A stretch of DNA of 64,000 nt from Schizochytrium sp. TIO01 (Eukaryota; Protista; Bigyra: Labyrinthulomycetes). The DNA lies in assembly GCA_004764695.1 (NCBI GenBank), contig SMSO01000036.1:1054001-1118000 (forward strand), read 5' to 3'. Below are positions 56,109 to 64,000 of the stretch, in pieces (position 1 is the stretch's first letter; every line of letters begins with the position of its first letter). The position numbers were made by a program, and so were the translations under genes. A model generated the notes under the pieces. That model was given only the letters and a program-made list of their open reading frames with translations, was not told the DNA's origin and did no database searches.

Positions 56109-57656
56109 TTAAGCCAACGATCTACCCGTCCGTAGCTTATACCGGAATTCCATCATTTCTTCAAAATCATGGGCAAACTTGGACATGTATTCAGTATACC
56201 AGGCGCGCGTAGCACGCTGTTTCTCCTCAGAAAAGGTCTTATTTGTGTGGATCATCTCTAGCAGCTCCGGCAATTGGTTCCAGTCATCCAACACCACAAA
56301 AGGTGCTCCAGAATCCAGCAGGGGCTTGAAAGCATTAGAACACTTGTGGTTCACATAGTCTTCCTCTTTGGTTACGAGAACTGGGACAGACCCGGCTTCG
56401 CAAGCCTCGTAGATACGATACGCCTCTGGGTTGTGACCCATTGGGCATAATGTAAACTTACTATCGAGAATAACTTCTCTGTATTGCTCTGGTGAGATGT
56501 ATCCCTTTGTCTCATCAACACGCTGTGTCCAGCTATCAGTGACGTGAATAAAAGAAGAGGAGGATAATGGGTTTGAGGTCCAGGCCTCAGACTGGAAATA
56601 GTCACGCAAACGCCGCCGGGGAATCGAGGTCGGGGAACCAACGAAGTTGATTGCATATTTTCTACTGTTCGCAGGTGGGACGCCACTGACCTGATCCACT
56701 CTCTCAAATTCAGAACGTGGGCCAAGCGGGAAGTACAAGGGCAATTTAATCCCCCGGAGCTTACTCACCATGCCGGAGCCAATTACATTATCTCCAAAGT
56801 ACTGTCTATAGTGAAACTGAGTGCTACGCACTGCACAATACTCATCGCCTGTAACAATCACAATATCATAAGTCTTGAATGAGCTCGCAATCAGACGCTG
56901 TACCAGGGCCATGTCTGTGCAGCATTTAACATAAGGGATCATGCGGACACGAGGGGCAGTTGTCGAGCACTGGCCGTGCTTCTTTACCTCATAAATGTAT
57001 TTACCGCTGCCCAGTTCACTCATTAGATTCGTGCGGAAAATACTACCTTGTCGAGGGTTCGTTGCTACCGCGCAAACCTTGATCGCAGATGACGATGACG
57101 CTGTTTTCGCCAGAGCATTATTTCCAACACTTGTCATTGAAGCTGCCGAACTGGGAGGCGCCATTGAATTCATGGAGTCGATCATGACAGGATCTTGAGA
57201 AGAAGTGGTGTCTACGACCCCTGCAGACAAGTCTTCTTTACTATCTTCAGAGTCTTCAAGCGCATCTGGATCAATGAATTCTGACTCCACAACACTATCT
57301 TGACTTGCATCTTTAATTTGGGTTTCCTCGTATTCGTTATCACTCGTGGAAAACTCGTCCCGCGGTTGAGCCGCTCGAAGAGTTTTCTCTCGTACAGAGT
57401 CTGCGACTTGCTCAATATTTCTGGCAGCCTGAATTGCTGCTTCTCTCGCAAGATTCTCCTGTGCTGTAGCTGAGTCCAGCCTCGCGGTGTTTTGCCAAAC
57501 CATGAAGGCCAAGGCTGCCAGCCCTGCAAGAAGCCATCGGTACCGCCAGCACTCGCGCTTCGCAGACGTCGCGCCTGACGATATTGCTTGAGCTCCCATG
57601 CTGGGGTTCGAGAGCTTATCCAGCGCCATCAGCGGCGACTGCACACGCTTTTGCAT
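56109..57656 (-). CDS. Type II membrane glycosyltransferase, exostosin/GT47-like (TMEM5/RXYLT1-like)
   Basis: N-terminal TM (WLLAGLAALAFMVW), acidic/Ser stem, then GDEYC, FPLG, RKYAINFVGS and SKFTLCPMGHNPEAYRIYEACEAGSVPV. Confidence 0.8.
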   Translation of the reverse strand: MQKRVQSPLMALDKLSNPSMGAQAISSGATSAKRECWRYRWLLAGLAALAFMVWQNTARLDSATAQENLAREAAIQAARNIEQVADSVREKTLRAAQPRDEFSTSDNEYEETQIKDASQDSVVESEFIDPDALEDSEDSKEDLSAGVVDTTSSQDPVMIDSMNSMAPPSSAASMTSVGNNALAKTASSSSAIKVCAVATNPRQGSIFRTNLMSELGSGKYIYEVKKHGQCSTTAPRVRMIPYVKCCTDMALVQRLIASSFKTYDIVIVTGDEYCAVRSTQFHYRQYFGDNVIGSGMVSKLRGIKLPLYFPLGPRSEFERVDQVSGVPPANSRKYAINFVGSPTSIPRRRLRDYFQSEAWTSNPLSSSSFIHVTDSWTQRVDETKGYISPEQYREVILDSKFTLCPMGHNPEAYRIYEACEAGSVPVLVTKEEDYVNHKCSNAFKPLLDSGAPFVVLDDWNQLPELLEMIHTNKTFSEEKQRATRAWYTEYMSKFAHDFEEMMEFRYKLRTGRSLA

Positions 57657-59040
57657 CTCGAGATCTCTGCTTTCACGCTTTGATCACGGTTTTCAAAGAC
57701 GACGACGAAGACAACGATGACCTCTCCGCCTCTGCAAGAGATCCGGTTCCGTTTGAAATTACCCAACTATTTTTCGTCTGATTTTATCAAACGCCTGAGC
57801 CCAAATTCATTCGATAATTTCAAACAGACTTCTCCTTTTTTCGTTGGAGTTTTCGTTGGATCCCAGATTCGCGACGTCCCGCTCTTTCTTTCCAATCACC
57901 TGACTTCGTTCCAGTTTTTAACCTTTTTCATGATTTTCACTTTTTCTTTAAAAATAAATTTTAAAAATCATGTTTCTAAAAATAAATTAAAAAAAATAAT
58001 AAAAATAATAATAAAATATATATATGTCTATGCTGAAAGTTAAAACCATAATCATCGGCTTTCGGTTGCAAACGGGAAGAACTTTGCAAACGGAAGCAAC
58101 TTCAAGATTGCTTTGAACCTAGTGCCAAACCAGCTTGACTAACTCAGTAAAGAGTCTATAACTGACTTGTCTAGGCTGGTCTGATTGATGTTTTCCGTCA
58201 CCGGCATCTGTCGAAGCAGGTATCAGCTACCTTGAAACTTGTTCTCATTTGGCTCGCAAGAAAGAAACCTGTGGTCTACACTTGTCAAAAACAAAGAAGA
58301 GGTTGCCATTTATTGTATGATGATTGTTCAAGAAAGACTTTGATTTAAGAAAGATTTTATGATTTTATTTTCCTACCAAGGAGGTAGTAAGCATTCTACA
58401 TCACTTCTTCTTCCCACCACCTGCCCAAACCTAGATTGACTCAGGCCGGTTCCTCAACCTCTTCAAAAGTAAGGCGGTAGCACAATGAATGAGAATCTTC
58501 ACAGATCTAAAAACGTGCAGGAGCAAATTGCAGCGGCAGGTACATAAAAGGGAATAAAGTCATGGCGTTGGAAACGATTACTCTCATAGTCATTTTAAGA
58601 TATCTGTCTCAAGTTTGTTGTTGCTATTGTTACCATTATACGTAGCTACCTACTGTGTATCTCTCAATGATTATTATATTATAATTATTTTTTAAAGAAT
58701 AAATTTTGGTTAAAATTAAAAGCAACGATGATGTTTCTGGCAAAAATCAAAGTGCATCGTCATGATCCCTAAAAAGCTCGATCCTCCGCTGAGCTTGGCA
58801 AAAGATTAAAGATTGTGTATGTTCTTCTATACGGTGCGATGTTTCGATAATAAATGATAATTTGACTTATTTGGCTATCATTGGAAATAAATGGTATAAA
58901 TCTTCTGCGCCATTGCTCAAATAACCGAGGCTCCGAAGCTCAGTTTCTGGACTACCTGCAGATCTGCAACGCCCTCACCGCCGTCGGCCTGTGTAACCCT
59001 GGGTTGCCGCGGGCTCTGAGAGGTTCCTGAGCTTGCTAGG

Positions 59041-60477
59041 ATGTCGGACCCCAGTGTAGACGATCTTGATGCGCTGGACATGCAAACATGGCGGGTCGTG
59101 GTGAACTTCGTAGTCATCTTCTTATGTGGCACGCTCGCCGGCGCCAGTGGCGTTGGCGGTGGTGCCATCTATGTGCCGCTGTACATTATGTTGTTTGGCC
59201 TCGTCTATGAGGCCATCCCTCTCTCCAAAGCAGCCGTATGCGGTGCTGCGCTCGCATTCTTCATCTTCAACATCGCGATGCCAGTACCGAGGATCACAAA
59301 GCACGCCAACAGGTTTGCCTACGACGTGATCATGGTGATGGAGCCAGCAACTCTTCTCGGTACGGTTTTTGGTGTTCTTGCATCCCGTATGTGCCCATAC
59401 TGGATCATTACCGTGCTCATGGCGTCTTTGCTTGCATACACGGCTTACAAAACCTTTAAAAAGGGTGCCAAACTCTATGCAAAGGAAAATGCCGCTCACA
59501 ATGCCGGAAAGTCCATGGAAACCGCCGCTCAGATCGCTCCATTTGGGTCTAATGAAGATCAAAGTCCGCTTATTGAGCCCACACCTGCGGAAAGCTCCGC
59601 AGCTGCTGCTCTTCAACACAGCCCCGGCGTCATTCCACGCACGCACCGTGACTCCTATGGAGTTCACACTCTTAGCAACACTGAAATGGCTTGGGAAACA
59701 GACTACGAATACGCTATCAGCCAAATCGGTTTCTCCTCATCGTGGCTTGGCTGGAGGTGCTTAGAGACTGTTGGAGCATGCTTCATCGCGGTTCTGCTCG
59801 CTGCTATGCTCTCAGATGACAAGATCATGCCGGACTACTCTCGCGTGGACTGCGGAACTTTTGGATACTGGCTTATTATCTTTGTTACCACCGCTATTTG
59901 TGGATCTATCACCGTATGGAACGTGCGCTTCCTGACGAAAAATGTCGACAATCTTCGTTATCAGTGTGCTATCCAGTGGAACGACCGGTCTGGAGCTCGC
60001 TACGCTCTTTTGTGCCTTGTTGCGGGATTTGCCAGTGCTCTGTGTGGTATCGGTGGATCCACAATCAAGGGACCTATTCTTCTTGAGATGGGCCTTCATC
60101 CGACGTTGTCTAAAGCCACCTCACAGGCAATGCTCCTGTCTACAGTATCCTCATCCGCATTTCAGTTCTACCTTTCTGACCAGCTCCCGCCCTACTTTGG
60201 CATCAGCTTCTTTGTACTTGGCGCACTCTCTGGATTCTGCGGTAAATTCCTTATTGACTGGTATGTTGAACGTGATGGCCGTCAGAGTACTATCATTTAC
60301 TTGCTTGCGTGGTACATTGTAGTCGCAGCTGTTATTATGACCTCCATTGGTGTTATTATCATTCTTGGACAGGTACGCCCGACTGTTAACTGGGAACAGC
60401 TTGGTTTTCGGGGAGTCTGCGATGCGCTTCCCAATGATATGGCCGCGCTTCGCTGGTTAACCACGTTTTCTTTTTAA
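59041..60477 (+). CDS. TauE/SafE (sulfite exporter-type) membrane transporter
   Basis: About 10 TM segments, with duplicated motifs GVGGGAIYVP..AIPLSK and GIGGSTIKGPILLEMG..P..SKATS. Confidence 0.88.
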   Translation: MSDPSVDDLDALDMQTWRVVVNFVVIFLCGTLAGASGVGGGAIYVPLYIMLFGLVYEAIPLSKAAVCGAALAFFIFNIAMPVPRITKHANRFAYDVIMVMEPATLLGTVFGVLASRMCPYWIITVLMASLLAYTAYKTFKKGAKLYAKENAAHNAGKSMETAAQIAPFGSNEDQSPLIEPTPAESSAAAALQHSPGVIPRTHRDSYGVHTLSNTEMAWETDYEYAISQIGFSSSWLGWRCLETVGACFIAVLLAAMLSDDKIMPDYSRVDCGTFGYWLIIFVTTAICGSITVWNVRFLTKNVDNLRYQCAIQWNDRSGARYALLCLVAGFASALCGIGGSTIKGPILLEMGLHPTLSKATSQAMLLSTVSSSAFQFYLSDQLPPYFGISFFVLGALSGFCGKFLIDWYVERDGRQSTIIYLLAWYIVVAAVIMTSIGVIIILGQVRPTVNWEQLGFRGVCDALPNDMAALRWLTTFSF

Positions 60478-61407
60478 TTCCGAGAGAGACACACACGATA
60501 ACGTAGCATTGCTAGGTTGTTACTCGTCATCTTTGCGTTCTTTGAAAGGTTCTTGGAGATCTTAACATCGTGAACCATGACGCTTAATTGCTTTATCGCA
60601 ACAATTTCTTCCTTATTGTAGTCGTCCCAGATTCTATCCATCTCCTGCTTCTCTTTCTTCCTTCTCTTTTTTTTTTTTGTAACAACACAAAAATTGTGGA
60701 GATAGACAGACAGTTCATACTTGCCTACCTTCTGTTTCGAATAAGACCTATATGCATGAAAGTAGAGGGCACACACGATAAATCATTCACAAGAGCATTA
60801 ATTGATCACATTCCGGGAAATCAGTCCAGTTGGGCGATTCCCTTTCCTGTTCGTTCACAGGAAACTTGCAGAACCTGTTGATTGTCCTTTTTAAGTTTCA
60901 TATCTTAATCAAGACGCTGAGCCGTACCAAACAAGTTACAACCCCTTCTTCCTTGTGTTTAGGGAGTATAAAGCACTACATATAAGAAATGTCCATGAAA
61001 AGCCAAGATACTGTACCTCTTTGTGTACGCCTTCGTAGTATATAGATCCTAATACCATCCACGTATTCAATACAATTCATACATTTTTTATTTTTTTTCG
61101 AAAAAGACGCAGAACTTATCGTACAATGCACAAAGCTTGAGGTTTGAATTGTCTCGGCACAAGTTTCAAGACGAAAATACGGCTAACCTATCGAACTATT
61201 ACGATAGAATGTCACGAATACAACCCCACACCCCCTACATGACAGTGTTATTTCTCCTGTTAAAATCACTCAGGGTTAAAGATAAAGTAGTATACATTAT
61301 TCAAATACAATAAGTATGGAGGAAACTTGTGGGCTTGAGGGCACTACTGGGAGACGTGCTGGTTATACCAAATCACGAAGCGAAAAGGCAATGTCACTTT
61401 GATTAAC

Positions 61408-64000
61408 TTATTCACTTTCTTCACCGAAGATCTGCAAGATATCGTGATGGTTTTTCCGGCGAGCAATTTCAAGTGGAGACTCATATTGCAGGTGGGTCCG
61501 GCGTCCTTTAACACCTTCGCGGAGCTTCGGTTCAGCCTCAGCACCTGCATCAACTAAAATCTTCACGCAAGAGGTATGACTATTTACTACGGCCCAATGT
61601 AAGGCAGTGCGACTCCATCTATCAAGGCAACGAACCACCTTCAGACGACTTATTTCATCCTCCGGGAAATCTTTGCGCAGTTCTTCCAGAGCTAAAGTTA
61701 GAGAGGCGGGGTTGCCTCCGCGAGCAGCAGCATGAAGCAAAGTTTGCTGTCGTCCATCTCTGACCATACTTGGCCTTTTTACGTTTCGCTCTCGAAGAGC
61801 ATCCAACAAGAGCTTAAATGATGAAGTCCCCCCAGGGCCTTGCGAACTAGCAGCGATATGAGCAGGCTGTACCTTATCATTAGTTGTAGCAAATACATTG
61901 GCTCCGCAGTCCAGAAGAGTTTGAATCACTAACGGATGGCCTGCAGCAGCTGCAACATGCAATGGGGATTTACCTCGCTGTTCACGTGTAATACCTGCGT
62001 CGGGGTCAAGACCGGCAAAACTAGCACTAATCAACACGCGAGTGACATCTGGCATATCATCTGCAACAGCAACAAAAAGTGCATGTTGAGCGCCTGTGTG
62101 TGATGCTTCTAATGCATTGACCGCATCATCAGCAATACCTTCTTTCTCAGGATGAGATGGCTCAGAACTATCTGTCGCAGGTGTGGTGTGCATAATCACT
62201 TGTTTTCCAGTTTTCAATTGAACATCCAAGGTTTTCCCAGCTAGTTGTAGAAGCCTCTGGCCCTCTGGGCTAAGACCAAGATCTTTCGCGTAGTCACGCA
62301 GACTTGCTGCAGAAAGGAGTTTCGGGATCGAAAAGGGTCCATTGAACTCGCCAAAGGCTTCCTCAGTTGCTCTCACCTGCGCTTCCCTCCCCCCTGCAAG
62401 GGAAACAAGCTCATGCATAACTCGTTGCGCTTCAAGTGAATCACCTCCGATGCTCACAAAAGAGTCCCATGGGCCGATGACCTCCAGAGGAATACCAAGG
62501 CGTGTACTCCAAATTTTCGCAATTATTTGCTCTAGAGGCTTCAGCGAGGATTGTTCATGAGTATTAGGGACCACCTCGCTATGTAGACCCCTCCGTAGAC
62601 GTTGCGGCGCAAGTATGCCTAGTGGGGGTAGAGGAAGGAGGCCCAATTTCTGAACATCACGTTTACCATTTGCACTTTGGAAGGTTTTAAAGCTTTGAAC
62701 TGCAGCGAAGCGAGATGGAATCATAATAGCTGGAAGGGAACGTTTAAGGTAGGCTCGAACCGCCTCTTCTACACATCTTGGCAATGTCCCGACTTGAGGT
62801 GTGTCCCACAAAACCAATTCTTTAAACGATACTCCTTCTGCGAGGGAAACCCATGCCACCAATTGGCCCGAAACCGTGTGTTTGACTACTGCAACATCCT
62901 CAAACAAGAGGTTTTGCAATTTAGCAAGATGGCGTTCAACCTCGCCAGTTTCAATTCGAACTCCACGAATTTTAATCTGGTGATCACGCCGGCCCAAAAG
63001 TTTAATGACGGGGCCTACAAAGTCCCCACAAGAGCAAACAGGAAATTCCCCAAACTGGCTAGCGTAAGACATATCTACGCTTTCACGTGGAATCCATTGC
63101 AATGCTCCAAGATCACCAGTTCTAAAGCAGGTCACGTTTCTTTCTTCATCATGTACAAATTTCTCTGCCGTAAGCTCGTCGCGGTGTAAATATCCTTCAG
63201 CGACTTGAATACCACCTAGGACCAGTTCTCGTACCCGACTAGCATCAGTGCTAGCATGTTCGCAAGGAGGTGGCGGGCATGCTCGCTTGGGAGAGGGTGC
63301 GAGCAAAGTATGGTCAAGCCATTCGACCTTTATTTTACCGTAAGTAGAACATGTTGCACTTTGTAATTGCTTTTCATCATCGTCTTGGAAATTTGTAAGA
63401 CCGAGAAGAATCCCCGCAAGAGGGTTCACAACCAGACGTTCTGCGCTAGGCACATTAAATGCACGAACATCAGTCAAGCACTGATATACAGTGACCTCAG
63501 TTACGCCATAAATGTTCACCAAACGGCACTGACCTGGCCAGGATTCTCGAGCTTCCTGCGCAAGATTTTCGGGCATGGGCTCTCCTCCGAGACTGAGTTC
63601 GCGAAGAGTAGGCACATCCTCCGGAAGGGGTCGCTGGCTACCACGCATTCGAAGCACTGTTGGTGTCATACAGACATGGGTAGCTTTGGCTTTCTGTAGG
63701 CATGTCACAAGATGACCCCCAAGAATATCCTGGCTACTGGCAACACCGGCAGTAGCCCCATTGCAAACTGCTGCAAGCATTTCGCCAAGACTCGGGTCGA
63801 AAGTCAGGGAGGAAGCAATGAAGACGCATGAACCATATTTGATGTTGCTTCCCGTGGCTCTACTATGTGCGTAGGCAAGCAGGCTGGCATGTTTGACAAC
63901 TACGCCTTTGGGTTTTCCAGTCGATCCGCTTGTGAAGAAAATATGTGAAATAAGCTCGCTCGAAACGCGTTCTTGGAGCAATGGAAGCTCCTGGCCTTTG
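61408..64000 (-). CDS. NRPS-like protein: adenylation domain + carrier (PCP) domain + C-terminal ankyrin repeats, 5' end outside the window
   Basis: A-domain motifs FTSGSTGKPKGV, TFDPS, GGE, NIYGVTE, FRTGDLG, GRRDHQIKIRGVRIETGEVE and NGK. PCP DSFVSIGGDSL (Ser codon 62437-62439). About 6 ankyrin repeats (SPLHVAA, TLLHAAA, TALHWAV, SPLEIA). Frame is open to position 64000. Confidence 0.9.
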   Translation of the reverse strand, partial: KGQELPLLQERVSSELISHIFFTSGSTGKPKGVVVKHASLLAYAHSRATGSNIKYGSCVFIASSLTFDPSLGEMLAAVCNGATAGVASSQDILGGHLVTCLQKAKATHVCMTPTVLRMRGSQRPLPEDVPTLRELSLGGEPMPENLAQEARESWPGQCRLVNIYGVTEVTVYQCLTDVRAFNVPSAERLVVNPLAGILLGLTNFQDDDEKQLQSATCSTYGKIKVEWLDHTLLAPSPKRACPPPPCEHASTDASRVRELVLGGIQVAEGYLHRDELTAEKFVHDEERNVTCFRTGDLGALQWIPRESVDMSYASQFGEFPVCSCGDFVGPVIKLLGRRDHQIKIRGVRIETGEVERHLAKLQNLLFEDVAVVKHTVSGQLVAWVSLAEGVSFKELVLWDTPQVGTLPRCVEEAVRAYLKRSLPAIMIPSRFAAVQSFKTFQSANGKRDVQKLGLLPLPPLGILAPQRLRRGLHSEVVPNTHEQSSLKPLEQIIAKIWSTRLGIPLEVIGPWDSFVSIGGDSLEAQRVMHELVSLAGGREAQVRATEEAFGEFNGPFSIPKLLSAASLRDYAKDLGLSPEGQRLLQLAGKTLDVQLKTGKQVIMHTTPATDSSEPSHPEKEGIADDAVNALEASHTGAQHALFVAVADDMPDVTRVLISASFAGLDPDAGITREQRGKSPLHVAAAAGHPLVIQTLLDCGANVFATTNDKVQPAHIAASSQGPGGTSSFKLLLDALRERNVKRPSMVRDGRQQTLLHAAARGGNPASLTLALEELRKDFPEDEISRLKVVRCLDRWSRTALHWAVVNSHTSCVKILVDAGAEAEPKLREGVKGRRTHLQYESPLEIARRKNHHDILQIFGEESE

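Overview
Eukaryotic, intron-poor protist DNA. Single-exon genes, AT-rich microsatellite-laden spacers, a flagellar TTLL9, a plant/stramenopile-type 6PGD and a class I DAHP synthase suggest a thraustochytrid-like stramenopile (inference). I can support about 17 protein-coding genes: a partial ORF at the left edge, TTLL9 (1-nt frameshift), a PUB-domain protein, a peroxisomal-type carrier, 6PGD, a ~1156-aa RQAEAA-repeat protein, a cis-3-hydroxy-L-proline dehydratase-like enolase, a two-exon DAHP synthase, condensin CAP-D2, a class 3 lipase, a degenerate carrier, an ABC1 kinase, an NSUN3/4-like methyltransferase, mitochondrial S16, a GT47/TMEM5-like transferase, a TauE/SafE transporter and a 5'-truncated A-T-ankyrin NRPS-like gene. 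I saw no tRNA, rRNA, CRISPR array or intact transposon. Best leads are the AASDH-like A-T-ankyrin protein, a cryptic multi-intron ORF-less unit at 5.2-8.2 kb, the bacterial-like dehydratase and the TTLL9 frameshift. Family calls rest on recalled motifs, not database searches.
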